A stretch of DNA of 64,000 bases from a candidate division WOR-3 bacterium (GCA_965649295.1 CBFGKH010000001.1:32001-96000), one strand, 5' to 3'. Shown: positions 8,196 to 22,488, counted from the first letter of the stretch. The notes: generated by a model from the sequence alone, not told the origin. Translations and numbers: made by a program.

Positions 8196-10760
8196 ATGAC
8201 CAAACGCATCCCGGTCTTGAGTTTGCTGCTCGTCGCAACCGCTGTTGCTACGAGGGTCTGGTCTGAGGCCGAGTTCAATGAGTTTAGTCGAACCTTCAGT
8301 CCGAACACTGTCCCTCAGCCTGAGAACCCAGTACGCGGTCCGCGCCGGTTCAACTATCTCGAGCGAATCTACCGCCTCTGCGAATTCCTGAGAGAGTACC
8401 AAGTGGCCGACTCGTTCTCACCTGATTTCGGTGGAATTATCGAAGCAGAGTACCTGCAAAGTGTGATTGAAACTGACAACACCCAGGAGGCGATCTGGGT
8501 CTGGTCCCGCTGGTATGAACTGACCGGGCGCGATGACTATCGCACTCAGATTCGTCGTGCTTGGACCTATGTGCTCCGTCATCCAGCCTACCAGGAACAC
8601 GGCGGCCAACCGTCCAGCGTCTGGTACGCAGTCTGGAACTGCGGGCTTGGGTTTATGGCAGAAACCCGTTACCGTGCCGCGTATGGCGACACGACCTACC
8701 GCCGCTATGCCGATACCTGCCGCAGTTTCTACCTCAACAATCCGCTCTCGACCACGGCCTTGCACCAGCTCGTAACGAGCCAATCTTCGGGAATGGCCTA
8801 TGACTATGCAGTCGAGTTCAACGACGCTACCCTTCGCGATTCTGCACTTGCACGCTTGAATCGTGTGCGACAATGGATTGAACAATCCCCGACAACAAAC
8901 CTGGCAATCCAGAACTGGGCAATGTCTGGTGGCACCGCGTTCTGGGGGGTAGCCCATGGCTGGTGTCGCCACGACACCACCCTGGGCAATGCCTGGCTGC
9001 GCAACTACGTCCAGTATCTGCCTGGATTCTATCCCACTGGCAACTGGAACTGCTCTCACAACATCTGGCTGGCCAATGCCTATCGTGCGGCTGCCGAGGC
9101 TCTCGGTCATGAGAACTGGTGGTTGCTGCATCAGTATCTGACTGATACCCTGCTCTTTCTGGATAGCGACGGGGACGGCGGCATTCCAGCAACATGGACT
9201 GATCCGAACACTGCCGATCAAACCTGGGTCTCGACCTATCTCGACTTCATGGGCATGGACGTCTTTGTCACACCGGTCCATGATAATGACCTTAGCCTGC
9301 TCCAGTTCACGCAGCCGAACCCGAGGCAGTTACTGATTGCGCCCTGTACTTTACAAGCAACAATCCCTGTCACCAATGTTGGTCGAGACCAAACTAGCGT
9401 CGTGGTTCAGCTCACGGCACCTGGCACCAACGAGCGGGTGGCAGTCGGCCCGCTTGATTTCATGGCCACTGATACGGTCAGTTTTGCCCCGATCGTCATT
9501 GCCATGCCGGGACGATACGAACTAGTCGCCGCGCTGTCCGGCGACGACAACCCAAGCAACGACACACTAAGACTATCGCTGCACGTCCACGGCATAAGAA
9601 CTATTACCGGGCACGTCACCGATTCCCTTACTGCTGACCCAATCCACGCCTGGATTTACGCGAGGATTGCCGGCGACACTGCAATTTGGGACTCGTGCGA
9701 GACTAACCGCTCTGGCGGATTCACCCTGCGTATCATTGACACGCTGGTTGCCATCGACATGCGGACCTGGCCGCCCTACTATAACCGAACCTGGCATCTC
9801 GACCTACTCGGCGACACCACACTTATGCTAGTAACCGAGCCGGCCCAGATTCTCATTGCCGGCAACGATCCGGCCAGTAACTACGCCGAGTACTACGCGT
9901 CAACTCTAGATACGCTCGGTATCACCTGGTGTCTCTGGAACTGTCGAACCCAAGGGATGCTACCCTACAGTATGCTCGATCGGCTACAGGCGCGTACGCT
10001 CATCTGGTACTCCGGTGACGCCGAAATCGGCACAGTGCCGCCAGCTGATCGAGAAAGCCTGGCCGCGGCACTCAATCGCGGCATCAATCTGCTGCTCACC
10101 GGCCAGAACATCGCCGAAGAACTATCCGGCACTCCCTTTCTTCAGGCCACACTCGGCGCCCGCTTCGACTCCAGCGGCTACTCTGGCCTGTTCGTCTTTG
10201 GCAATCGGGCCGACTCGGTCGGCGAACGTTTGAAAGGAACCTCGACTGCAGGCGGCAACGGTGCCAACAACCAGACCTCACGCGACATCATATCGCCTCT
10301 TGCCGGTTCTCAAGGGATGTTCGTTTACGATTCGGTCACGCCACGCTACGCAGCGATTAGACGCGATGCCGGAACAGCCAAAGCCGTCTTGCTGGGATTC
10401 GGATTCGAATCGGTCAACCGACCGCCGGGTCGGCCGAGCTACTGGAATCGGATGCAGGTTCTCGGTTTGATTCTTAACTGGTTCAACCCCGGCATCGGCA
10501 TTGAGGAAAGACCTGCTCCGAAAGTCGAGCTGCCACAACCGTCTCCGACAATCACACGCAGTCAGCTCTTCATTCCGCCATCATCTGTTGACCACAAATC
10601 CTCGAACTGCTTCAGCCACCAGCGCTATGCCATCATCGACGCCGCCGGCCGCACTCTTCTAACTCTTCGTCCCGGACTCAATGACATTTCCTCGCTCGCG
10701 ACGGGTGTTTACTTCCTGACTGGCGACGGACAACCGCATCGCCTACTTGTCCTGCCTTGA
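8196..10760 (+). CDS. Secreted multidomain protein with helical Trp/Tyr-rich N domain, CARDB/Ig domains and a short T9SS-type CTD
   Basis: Signal peptide; DDNPSND CARDB motif; GIEE linker; DAAGR...LATGVYFL...RLLVLP C-terminus. Confidence 0.7.
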   Translation: MTKRIPVLSLLLVATAVATRVWSEAEFNEFSRTFSPNTVPQPENPVRGPRRFNYLERIYRLCEFLREYQVADSFSPDFGGIIEAEYLQSVIETDNTQEAIWVWSRWYELTGRDDYRTQIRRAWTYVLRHPAYQEHGGQPSSVWYAVWNCGLGFMAETRYRAAYGDTTYRRYADTCRSFYLNNPLSTTALHQLVTSQSSGMAYDYAVEFNDATLRDSALARLNRVRQWIEQSPTTNLAIQNWAMSGGTAFWGVAHGWCRHDTTLGNAWLRNYVQYLPGFYPTGNWNCSHNIWLANAYRAAAEALGHENWWLLHQYLTDTLLFLDSDGDGGIPATWTDPNTADQTWVSTYLDFMGMDVFVTPVHDNDLSLLQFTQPNPRQLLIAPCTLQATIPVTNVGRDQTSVVVQLTAPGTNERVAVGPLDFMATDTVSFAPIVIAMPGRYELVAALSGDDNPSNDTLRLSLHVHGIRTITGHVTDSLTADPIHAWIYARIAGDTAIWDSCETNRSGGFTLRIIDTLVAIDMRTWPPYYNRTWHLDLLGDTTLMLVTEPAQILIAGNDPASNYAEYYASTLDTLGITWCLWNCRTQGMLPYSMLDRLQARTLIWYSGDAEIGTVPPADRESLAAALNRGINLLLTGQNIAEELSGTPFLQATLGARFDSSGYSGLFVFGNRADSVGERLKGTSTAGGNGANNQTSRDIISPLAGSQGMFVYDSVTPRYAAIRRDAGTAKAVLLGFGFESVNRPPGRPSYWNRMQVLGLILNWFNPGIGIEERPAPKVELPQPSPTITRSQLFIPPSSVDHKSSNCFSHQRYAIIDAAGRTLLTLRPGLNDISSLATGVYFLTGDGQPHRLLVLP

Positions 10761-10789
10761 AATGTAACCGGCGCCAGCCGGATTCAAAG

Positions 10790-10821
10790 CAGCAGGGGCA
10801 GGCACCTGCCCACCCCTGCTG
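10790..10821. terminator. Hairpin between convergent genes, possible bidirectional terminator
   Basis: CAGCAGGGG...CCCCTGCTG inverted repeat; no clear U tract. Confidence 0.45.
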
Positions 10822-10835
10822 TGGTAGTTGAGCTA

Positions 10836-13800
10836 CTACTTCCCAACTACAAGTTTCTGCTTTTCCAGCCCGGCCGGGGTGGAGAGCTGACAGAAATAGA
10901 CACCGGGCGCCACCGTCCGACTCTTGTCCACGCGTCGGTCCCAACTAATCGAGTAGTCTCCTGGCGACATCGTCGCGTCAACAAAAGTGTGAACAAGACG
11001 TCCGCTTGCGTCATACAGCCGCAAACTCACCTGTCCACCAATCGGCACATGCCATGCTATTTGAGTACGACTACGTACCGGGTTCGGATAGAGCCTGAAC
11101 CTAGCCGCCTCAGCTCCTAGCGACCGAACCTGCTCGTCCTCGACACCAACAGTGAATGGTGGTGTCGTGGTGTAGAGGATCGCCCGACCCGCGGCGATCT
11201 GGGCACAGCCGCGATGGTAGGCGCCGTCGAACAGATTCTGAATACCAATCGCCTGAGTCTGATCCTGCATGCCCAGTGTGGACGAGCCGTAACCGGCTGC
11301 GGTTTTGTACTGCACGAGTATCGCGTTGTCTCCGGTCGGCGTCACGACTGTTGTATCGTAGAAGATGATCTGGAACTTGTCACGGGTAGAGGTTGATGAG
11401 TAGTAACCAACTGAGTCGTATTCAACAATCAATCGGTGGTTTGCAGCATCGTGGTACCAGTAGACGTAGCCGGTGCCACCGCCGCCCGAGACTGGGTACA
11501 GGTCGTCCCAGTTAGCAAAGACTGCGGCCCGGGGTGCAGAAGAACTAGGAATACCGACATTAGAGTAGTTAGTCGTTGTGTAGTTACCCATCGCAATCCA
11601 GCCGTCAGCCGAAATCGAAATCTGGGTATAGCGGTTGCCATAGAACTTCACCGGTCCGAATCCGGTCGGCAAACTGACCATCACAACCGCATCGTTCTGT
11701 GAGAACGTCAGGCGTGTACCGACTGTGTTAATCTCAACCCAGTTGTAGGTCGGGTGCGGCTCATAGCTGGTGTCCGAATTATCGTAGGCATAATAACGAG
11801 CAGGCTGACGCGGCCCGTCAGGAATTGGGTCAACTGCCCGTATTTCCCCGACAACGATAACGAATGTTCTGGTGACAGCGTACCCACCATCGGCAGTGAT
11901 GTGCAGCGTGCAGGTCACCGATGTCTCCAGTGGCATGCCAGCTGCTGCTGAAATTACAAACATGTCTGTCTCGTTGGTCCCTACTGCGCCAGCCCGGACC
12001 GTTCCCCAACTGGCGCTATTGTCCACTACGGTCAGCCGGGCATCACCGGACGCCAAAGTTGCCCGGACATCGTAACCATGCCCCAGTCCGGTGTTCTGCA
12101 AGTTAACGACCAAGTCCGATACTTCGCCCGGATCTAGCTTGCCATTGCCGTTGCCACGAGCACTGTCACGGACCAAAACTGCCCCATTCTGCAACACCGG
12201 CGCGCCAACGTAGAAAGTCATTGTCGAAACCCATACCGAGTCGAGTGCGTCGCGAACAACTAACGAACAAGGAATCGGGTAACCATTGGTCAAACCCGAG
12301 TTCACTGTCAGGCCGAAACCATCTGTGCCAGTCCAGGCCGAATCACCCGCACCGATACTACCGAAGCTCTTTACCGAGTCGGTAATCTGCGCATTCGGGT
12401 CATGGGTGCGCAACCGAGCTGTGACCGAATTGGCCGTTTGCTGACCCCAGTTCTTCACCCAGGTCGGCAGCTTCACAACCTCACCTGGGTTCAGAATCGA
12501 GTCCGCATTGCCACCCGGTGTCGGGTCATGGATGGTTGAACGCAACCAGGTCACATAGCGTTGCGAAGCGATTACCTGAACCGTATCTTGCTTCAGATAG
12601 CGGTTGCGTGCCTTGGCAGTCAGTAGCATCGGCCCTGGCGTTGTCGGTGAAACGTAAAGCGTCACCTGCCCCGAGGCATTGGTCCGGCCCGTGACGTAAA
12701 CCTCACTACCCTTCCAGAGCAATACGTTTGCTGCCTCAATCGGCGTACCGCCAGCAGTCACAGTAACGGTGTACGGCAGATTGTTACCGACGTTGACGGT
12801 CCCCGTATGTGTAACAGTCAACTGGCCTGGCTCAGTGGTCCAGACCTCAAGCTCGGGGTCACCGTGATAGTTCAGCTCGTATATACAGAATCGCTGCATG
12901 TCATAGCGACCGGCCGAATCGGCATAGGGCGCCCACCAAGCCTTGGAGAATGCCAGAGCCTGACCTGGACGATATTCGCTATTGTTCAGAATCCGGGAGA
13001 AGAAAACCGTATCGAGTCGTTCCGACGGTCCCGGCACATAGCCGCCGACATAAGCGCCATAGCCGTAGCGCGAATTGAACGCTGCTCCAACCGCGCCGCC
13101 GCCGACTCGGTTCATCAGGTGTTCAGAGAAGCAGTCACCACCCGGCACCTCATCCCAGGCGCCGGCGAAACAGGCAATCGAGACATGAATCCCCTGCCTG
13201 GCGCCATTCGTGAGCGCCTGGGCATCGCTTGAATTGATATACGGCGATGAACCCATATAGACGCCGTTCTCGTCGCCATGGCCTACAAAGTGTCCAAGTC
13301 CAAATCCGGAATTCATCGAATCCCGAACACGTTGCTGCGACAGCGTGCCCGTACGCTCGTATAGCCGTGAATCCTGCCAGTCAGCCGGAGTCATTCGGGC
13401 GATTGACTCCTGCATCGGCCGCTCCTCGTAGCTCGACCAGAGGATCGCGGTCGGCAGCAACAACTTGCGTAGGTACCCGGTAGGAGGGTTCTGCTCGTAA
13501 GTCAGGGTCTTGTTTACAAAGTTCTGCGCCTGAGCCACGTTGTTCACAGTTGCCCGGCCGACAAAAACCTCGGAAAGCATGTCCGCCTGGTCCTGACGCT
13601 GACCATAGACGCGATTGCCGTTGGCATCCCAGTTGCCGTCCAGACCACCGTAGTACAGATCGCAAGGAATCGTGTCCTCGTCATTGTAATAACCGACGCC
13701 CTGCGTGATGTAGTAGCAGTCGCGCGTCGGAATGATGTTCTGACCGGTCGTCCGGTGGTCAGCCGCGCCACCCAGAAGCACCCAACGCGTTCCCCAGTTC

Positions 13801-14663
13801 TGATACGCATCAATAATGAAGTTGCGAATCTTCTCCTGCGTATCGTAGCCGGAATAGTTGGCGTTGATATATGGTAGTGTCACGGTTGTTGCCGGCACAC
13901 CCTTCAGTGTCTTCCACGCCACCAGTCGGTCGAAGCAAGTGTCGAGCGGTGGCGTGGAGATAACCACATACTCGTAACGTCCTGGCGGCAAAGACGACAG
14001 CGCGGAGCGCCTAATCGTCGGCTCGAACCGTTCCACATCCTGAGGATTCACAACCAGCGAACGGACCATCTCCGCATAGAACTCCCGCTGGCCGAGTGAC
14101 GGCACAGTCGCATCACTGTTTCCATTGGCGTAAGTCAATCGGTAGCTCAACCTTGTCGCCAGTTGCAACTCGCCGGTCGTCGGGTTCCAACGCACCGGCA
14201 GAACTTCAACGAAAGCAATCCGGAATCCACCCAATGTTCCTGATTCTAGCAACCGCAGTGGGCTTGACGGATAGTAAGCGTTCACCGCATAAACTGAAGG
14301 ATCAGGCTCGTAAGCAAGCCCCTGCCTGTCCAAACCGTTGCGCCGGCAATCAAGCGTCATCAAGGCGACGTCCGGCTGGGCCGGCACTAGGTTATGGTGG
14401 CCAGGGATGGTCATCCATTCGACGTCAACTAGCTCAACCGCAGTCGGCTCTGCACCAGCCGGTATCAGTACCCGCTCTACCACCCGCGGTATTCGGGGCA
14501 TCCCTGGCTGAACCAGCGCCGGGTAGCCGGCGAGCTCTACAACATCAAAACCACCGACCGACCAGAAGGAAAAGTCAGCCGGACTGAACACGGCAGTCTG
14601 GCTTACTGTACCCGCAGAAAGCGGCAGCACAGCACAGACTAGCACCAGTAGGACGTTACGCAT
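10836..14663 (-). CDS. Peptidase C25 (gingipain-like) with propeptide, Ig-like domains and T9SS-type CTD
   Basis: Start moved to ATG 14663 (SD AAAGGAG; signal peptide MRNVLLVLV); VLLGG, VFVGR, catalytic GHG and IACFAG, GDPEL; CTD YPNP...GVYFCQL...KLVVGK. Confidence 0.9.
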   Translation of the reverse strand: MRNVLLVLVCAVLPLSAGTVSQTAVFSPADFSFWSVGGFDVVELAGYPALVQPGMPRIPRVVERVLIPAGAEPTAVELVDVEWMTIPGHHNLVPAQPDVALMTLDCRRNGLDRQGLAYEPDPSVYAVNAYYPSSPLRLLESGTLGGFRIAFVEVLPVRWNPTTGELQLATRLSYRLTYANGNSDATVPSLGQREFYAEMVRSLVVNPQDVERFEPTIRRSALSSLPPGRYEYVVISTPPLDTCFDRLVAWKTLKGVPATTVTLPYINANYSGYDTQEKIRNFIIDAYQNWGTRWVLLGGAADHRTTGQNIIPTRDCYYITQGVGYYNDEDTIPCDLYYGGLDGNWDANGNRVYGQRQDQADMLSEVFVGRATVNNVAQAQNFVNKTLTYEQNPPTGYLRKLLLPTAILWSSYEERPMQESIARMTPADWQDSRLYERTGTLSQQRVRDSMNSGFGLGHFVGHGDENGVYMGSSPYINSSDAQALTNGARQGIHVSIACFAGAWDEVPGGDCFSEHLMNRVGGGAVGAAFNSRYGYGAYVGGYVPGPSERLDTVFFSRILNNSEYRPGQALAFSKAWWAPYADSAGRYDMQRFCIYELNYHGDPELEVWTTEPGQLTVTHTGTVNVGNNLPYTVTVTAGGTPIEAANVLLWKGSEVYVTGRTNASGQVTLYVSPTTPGPMLLTAKARNRYLKQDTVQVIASQRYVTWLRSTIHDPTPGGNADSILNPGEVVKLPTWVKNWGQQTANSVTARLRTHDPNAQITDSVKSFGSIGAGDSAWTGTDGFGLTVNSGLTNGYPIPCSLVVRDALDSVWVSTMTFYVGAPVLQNGAVLVRDSARGNGNGKLDPGEVSDLVVNLQNTGLGHGYDVRATLASGDARLTVVDNSASWGTVRAGAVGTNETDMFVISAAAGMPLETSVTCTLHITADGGYAVTRTFVIVVGEIRAVDPIPDGPRQPARYYAYDNSDTSYEPHPTYNWVEINTVGTRLTFSQNDAVVMVSLPTGFGPVKFYGNRYTQISISADGWIAMGNYTTTNYSNVGIPSSSAPRAAVFANWDDLYPVSGGGGTGYVYWYHDAANHRLIVEYDSVGYYSSTSTRDKFQIIFYDTTVVTPTGDNAILVQYKTAAGYGSSTLGMQDQTQAIGIQNLFDGAYHRGCAQIAAGRAILYTTTPPFTVGVEDEQVRSLGAEAARFRLYPNPVRSRTQIAWHVPIGGQVSLRLYDASGRLVHTFVDATMSPGDYSISWDRRVDKSRTVAPGVYFCQLSTPAGLEKQKLVVGK

Positions 14664-14706
14664 TGATACTCCTTTGGTCAGGACCGGACGGAACTGTAAT
14701 AGAAAG

Positions 14707-14735
14707 ATTCTAGACCCTTGGTAGTTCGGCGTCAA
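14707..14735 (-). promoter_or_regulatory. Sigma70-type promoter for the C25 peptidase
   Basis: TTGACG-N17-TAGAAT. Confidence 0.65.
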
Positions 14736-14769
14736 TGGCCGCCGCAGTCATCGCGGAACCGAGCCTGGC

Positions 14770-14797
14770 TTGACCTCGTATCTGCTTTGCCTACGCT
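14770..14797 (+). promoter_or_regulatory. Sigma70-type promoter, leaderless start at GTG 14805
   Basis: TTGACC-N16-TACGCT-N7-GTG. Confidence 0.6.
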
Positions 14798-14804
14798 TCA
14801 CCCT

Positions 14805-15608
14805 GTGTCCCGTCGCCAAGTAAGGGAACGTCACGAACAGCGCAAACAGAGTTTCGACACTAACCCGCAGCTATATGAGAAAGCCCGACCAAGCTATCCT
14901 GAGGAGCTGTTCGACGACCTCATTCACCTCTCCGGTATCCGACCGGGTGACCGGATTCTCGAGATTGGGCCCGGTACTGGCCAGGCCACCCTGCCGCTGG
15001 CCCGCCGCAACTTTCGCATCACTGCCGTCGAACTGGGCCCGCGCATGGCCCGGCGCTGCGCCCAAAATCTTCGTGCCTTTCCCAAGGTAGCAGTTCACAA
15101 CTGCGCCTTCGAACAATGGCCGATTGAAGCCGAGGCCTATGACCTCGCTGTCTCGGCCAGCGCATTCCACTGGATACCCGCTGGTATTGGATTCCGCCGT
15201 GTTGCCCAGGCGCTGAAGCCAGAACGTCATCTTGCGCTTATCTGGGTTTTCGGCGAGGATCAAAAAGACCCACTCAGCCTTGCACTACATCAGACCTATC
15301 AGCAATTCGGCCTCAAGCCCTGGCGGCCGCGTCCGCCCGAAGTCCGCATTCAGCGCCAAGTAAAGCGTATTGAAAACTCAGGTCTGTTCGGTCCGGTCGC
15401 AGTCCGGCGCTATCCTGGCTCCCAAGAATATTCTGCCGACAGCTACATCGCCTTACTCCGGACAATGTCCGACCACGCCATCCTCAGTAACCCGACTCGG
15501 CACAGGCTATTTCAGCTCATCCGCGAGATATTCACCTACCACGGCGGCACCTACACGCGTCACTTTATCTCGGTTCTACTGCTTGCGGCGAAGCGCCGCG
15601 CCCCCTAA
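14805..15608 (+). CDS. Class I SAM-dependent methyltransferase
   Basis: YEKARPSYP, ILEIGPGTG, AFHWI motifs; start moved to GTG 14805. Confidence 0.85.
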   Translation: MSRRQVRERHEQRKQSFDTNPQLYEKARPSYPEELFDDLIHLSGIRPGDRILEIGPGTGQATLPLARRNFRITAVELGPRMARRCAQNLRAFPKVAVHNCAFEQWPIEAEAYDLAVSASAFHWIPAGIGFRRVAQALKPERHLALIWVFGEDQKDPLSLALHQTYQQFGLKPWRPRPPEVRIQRQVKRIENSGLFGPVAVRRYPGSQEYSADSYIALLRTMSDHAILSNPTRHRLFQLIREIFTYHGGTYTRHFISVLLLAAKRRAP

Positions 15609-15701
15609 ACCCCGTAAACAACAGTGGACTTGCCAAGGGGTCGTTCGGAACTTCAATCTGGAATGCGCACCAACCGCTGACGGTTCAAGGTCTAACTAGT
15701 A

Positions 15702-17756
15702 GTGAATAGACTAAGCCGGGAGACAAGCCCATATCTGCGTGACCACGCCAATCAGCCAGTAGACTGGTACCCATGGGGCGAGGAGGCACTCAGTCGTGCC
15801 CGGGCTGAAGACAAGCCGATTTTTCTGTCCATAGGTTACTCAGCATGTCACTGGTGCCACGTCATGGCCCGGGAGTCTTTTTCGAATCCAGTAATTGCCC
15901 AGCGACTCAACAGCGACTTCATACCGATCAAGGTTGACCGCGAAGAACGCCCCGACCTTGATGAAATCTACATCGAGGCGGTGCGTTTGATGACCGGCTC
16001 AGCGGGCTGGCCGCTTTCGGTGTTTCTGACGCCTGAACTCAAACCATTCTATGGTGGCACATACTTCCCGCCTGAGCCTCGACTGGGCCTAGCCGGTTTT
16101 GGTCGCGTCCTTGAAGCTGTCCTGCACTACTACCGAACCGAACGCCATGAGATTGATGCTGCGGCCAATCGGGTGACCGCCGAAATAATCAGCCTCTCAA
16201 CTCTCCATCCATACAAATTTCAATTGACTGATGTCCCACTCCGACGGTTCTACGAGCAGCGTCTCGAGGCATTCGACTCTGACCATGGCGGCTTTGGTAT
16301 TGCTCCCAAGTTCCCCGGGCCAACTGAGCTCAGTCTTCTGCTACGGCTCGCCCAACGCCAAGGCTTTGGCCAGGCCCTGCCGATGGTCGAACTCACGCTG
16401 CGTAAGATGGCCGACGGCGGTATCTACGACCAGCTTGGCGGCGGTTTCCATCGCTACTCAACCGACACAATCTGGCTTGTCCCCCACTTCGAGAAGATGC
16501 TCTATGATAATGCCCTCCTAGCCAGCGTCTATGCTGAGACCTGGCGCTTGACCCGCGACGACCTATACCGCCGCGTTGCTGAAGAGACCCTCGGCTATGT
16601 GCTACGTGAACTAAGGCATCCTAATGGTGGCTTCTGTTCGTCACAGGATGCTGAATCATCAGGCAGCGAAGGCGGCTACTACACTTGGACACTCAGTGAA
16701 CTTGCCACCGCCACCGGCCCTGAGCTAGCGCCACTCGCTGCCAGCTTCTATGGCGTGACTTCAACCGGTCACTATCAGGGCACCAACGTCCTGCACATTG
16801 CCACGCCGGTCGAGGTGCTGTTGCGACAGCACCGCCTTGATCTAAACTCACTCTGGCAGCGGCTTACTGAAATTCGATCCCGCCTCGTTTCTGCTCGAAA
16901 CCGACGCCCCCATCCTCGTCGCGATGACAAAGTGCTAGCTGACTGGAACGGCCTGCTGCTCTCAGCGCTCGCTTACTGCGGCCGAGTCTTTGCAGACACC
17001 AACCTGCTCAGAGAAGCCCAAGGACTCGCTGACTATCTGATAACCGAATTGGCCGAAGATGACGAACTATACCATCTGCGCCGGCCAGGCCTCGCTGACG
17101 TGCCTGGCCAGCTTGCTGACTACGCATTTGTTGGACTCGGCTTGCTCGACCTCTACGAAGCCGTGTTCGATCATCGCTACCTTGCTAGGACGTTAGGTTT
17201 TGCTGACCGACTGATTGCACTGTTCAAGGCCGATCAGGGCGGATTCTACACCACCCGATCCGAGACACCGGGGCTAATTGCCCGAATAATGGCTGGAACC
17301 GATGGCGCGATTCCTGCCGGCAACTCCGCAGCGATTGTCCTGCTTCTACGGCTTGGTCGGCTTTGTGGTCGTCACGAATTCGTACGCGAGGCCGAAGCGG
17401 CCCTGCGACGATTCTATCCCTTGCTTGAACACTATCCTTCGGCTCTCAGTCGTATGACCGCTGCTCTTGACCTGCTGCTCAACCCTGGTCCGGAAGTTGT
17501 GCTCTTCGCGCCGGACGAATCAACCGAATCCAAGGCAATGCTCGAATTGCTCGTCCAGCAACCAGATGAAAAGCGAGTCACCGCTGTCGTCAGAGCAACA
17601 CAACCGGGCCCAGCGAACGAACGTCTAATACCAATGATGAATGGCAGATACGCAATCCATAACCGACCGACTGCTTGGGTTTGTCGTCAAGGCAGATGCC
17701 AAGAACCAGTCACAACTGCTGCCGACCTCGGCCGTCTTCTTAACTATGAAGGCTAA
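15702..17756 (+). CDS. Thioredoxin-domain protein, YyaL/SSP411 family
   Basis: [42 protein letters not shown]. Confidence 0.92.
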   Translation: MNRLSRETSPYLRDHANQPVDWYPWGEEALSRARAEDKPIFLSIGYSACHWCHVMARESFSNPVIAQRLNSDFIPIKVDREERPDLDEIYIEAVRLMTGSAGWPLSVFLTPELKPFYGGTYFPPEPRLGLAGFGRVLEAVLHYYRTERHEIDAAANRVTAEIISLSTLHPYKFQLTDVPLRRFYEQRLEAFDSDHGGFGIAPKFPGPTELSLLLRLAQRQGFGQALPMVELTLRKMADGGIYDQLGGGFHRYSTDTIWLVPHFEKMLYDNALLASVYAETWRLTRDDLYRRVAEETLGYVLRELRHPNGGFCSSQDAESSGSEGGYYTWTLSELATATGPELAPLAASFYGVTSTGHYQGTNVLHIATPVEVLLRQHRLDLNSLWQRLTEIRSRLVSARNRRPHPRRDDKVLADWNGLLLSALAYCGRVFADTNLLREAQGLADYLITELAEDDELYHLRRPGLADVPGQLADYAFVGLGLLDLYEAVFDHRYLARTLGFADRLIALFKADQGGFYTTRSETPGLIARIMAGTDGAIPAGNSAAIVLLLRLGRLCGRHEFVREAEAALRRFYPLLEHYPSALSRMTAALDLLLNPGPEVVLFAPDESTESKAMLELLVQQPDEKRVTAVVRATQPGPANERLIPMMNGRYAIHNRPTAWVCRQGRCQEPVTTAADLGRLLNYEG

Positions 17757-17771
17757 GCCTGCCTCTGTCGC

Positions 17772-17800
17772 TTGACACTTTGGCCATGGCGAAATAGACT
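17772..17800 (+). promoter_or_regulatory. Sigma70-type promoter for clpC
   Basis: TTGACA-N17-TAGACT-N9-ATG, no SD. Confidence 0.65.
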
Positions 17801-17809
17801 AACTTACTA

Positions 17810-20244
<2,435 letters not shown>

Positions 20245-20248
<4 letters not shown>

Positions 20249-22488
20249 ATCTACTCCTAACCCTTATCCTTGCCGCCGCCCCGGCTGATACTGGCCGATT
20301 GGTTCTACTCCGAGTTGAGGCCCGCACCGCGACGGCCGACACTGCGCTGATTACTCGCACAAGCGGACTGCTTCCGGGCACAATCTTCACCCCGACTGCC
20401 TTTCGCTCCGAGCTCGAAGCTGCCATCCGTCGTATCTGGGGACTTGGCCTTTTTTCTCAGATACGGGCTGAGACCAGCCGGGTTGCCGACGGTGTCAATC
20501 TGACCTTTGTGCTCGATGAGTATCCCCGGTTGGGCAGCATCAACTTCAACGGCAACCGCCGAGTCCGACAGAAGGACATCGAAAGTAAAGTCAAGGCTCG
20601 CCCCGGTGAGGTTCTCACCGATCGCAAAGTCTTCGACTGGCAGGAAGAAATCCGCAAGCTCTACAAGGAGAAAGGTTTTCTCTCAGTCAACATCGAACCG
20701 GTCAGGTCCGCACCCGATTCAACTAGTAGTGTCCAACTTACCTACAATATTGACGAAGGCGATCCCGTTCGCATCCGCAAGATTGAGTTTTACGGCAACG
20801 ACAGTCTGTCTGACAACTTTCTCGAACGTCAAATGAAAAACCGCGAAAAGCGTTGGTGGCGCAAGGCCCGTTTCAACGAGGACGAGTTCATTCGTGACCT
20901 CGACCGGGTGATTGATGCCTACAAGCAACGCGGCTTTGTGGAGGCCCGGATCGTTGACTACGACATGCAGCTTGATGCCGGCTGGGCCGATATCACGATT
21001 ACCGTTGCCGAAGGCCGGCGCCACTACTTCGGCGACGTCTCTTTCAGCGGTGATTCGGTGATCCCGGCTGAAAGTTTGCGCCGGATTGCAGCCTTTCCCC
21101 GCGGTCGCCCTTACAATGCCAAGAAGACCCAAGAAGCCCTGGCCGCCCTCCATGCCGCCTATTCGGAAATCGGCCACATCTACGCTTCGGTCGTGCCGGT
21201 TGAGCAGGTGCGCCACGACACCATTGATATTGCCTACCAGATTGTTGAAGGCCGACCAGCGCAGGTTCGGCTGGTCCGAATTGAAGGGAACGAGCAAACC
21301 CATGACCGCGTTATCCGCCGAGAGATCTCCTCGCTGCCCGGCTACCCGTTCAAACGTTCCGAAGTCATTCGCTCCCAGCGTGACATCTACAATCTCGGTT
21401 TCTTCGACGATATCACCCTTGACTATCGTCGTGCCGACACCACCGGCGCCATCGATCTCATCTACCGTGTCAAAGAAAAGAGCTTCTTCGGCACGGTCGG
21501 TGCCGGCGTCTCCTACTCAGCAGTGGACAAGCTTACCGGCTACGTTCAACTGCAGCAGCCCAACCTGTTCGGCCGCGGCCAACGGGCCACTGTCCACGTC
21601 GAGAGAGGTGGCAAGAAGACCAATGTTGCCTTGGGCTTTACCGAGCCCTGGCTTTTCGATACTCCCACTTCGGCCGGGGTTGATGTCTCCTACCTGACCC
21701 GTACTTACGACTACTACGAGAAACAGGAACTCGGCGGCGGCTTCTCCTTTTCCCGCCCTTTGCCGCTCGATTTTGCCCGAGCCTCGCTTGGGCTTAGGGT
21801 CCAAGACGCCTATGTTCCCCCTTCCTCAATTAGCCAGAGCTATACGCCGCCGCTTGGCGACTCCGGCCCCTTCAATATCCGTCAGGATACCGTCCACAAG
21901 ACAGCCTTCGTGCCGAGCATCGGTTTCAATCGTGACTCCCGCGACTACATCTACAACGCCTTATCCGGTTCACTTTTCTCCTACTCACTCGATCTCTCGT
22001 TCGGCGACATTCGGTTCCATCGTCACATCCTCGATGTCAGCGCCTACCTGCCACTTTTCTGGAAGTTCGGACTGGTCGGCCGCACGCGACTGGGCTACAT
22101 CACTGGCTTCACCAACCGCGACACCGTACCAATCTACGAACGTTTCACGCCCGGAGGCACTGGACCAGACGGCATCCGCGGCTACGGTGAACGTTCGATT
22201 GGGCCACGCCTCGGCGGCTACAACATCGGCGGCCGCGCGCTAGCGCTCTTCTCGCTTGAGTACAAACTCCGCATTAACCGCCAGCTATCTTTCCTGGTTT
22301 TCGGTGATGCCGGCAACACCTGGCACTCAATAGACAAGCTCAGCCTCTCTGGGCTGCGCCGCGGCGCCGGCATCGGCGTCCGACTGGAGATACCGATGCT
22401 TGGTCTGATCGGCTTTGATTTCGGCTACGGCTTTGACAGAGACAAACCGGGTTGGGAACCCCACTTCCAGCTCGGCCGTACTTTCTAA
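20245..22488 (+). CDS. bamA: Outer membrane protein assembly factor BamA
   Basis: Signal peptide, POTRA repeats, NLFGRG, IRGY motif, terminal Phe. Confidence 0.92.

Noticed and set aside
8418..9281. Long antisense/shadow ORFs (also 3774-4487, 34096-34800, 35342-36064, 49493-50179)
   Set aside because: They overlap well-supported genes and lack motifs; expected in GC-rich DNA.
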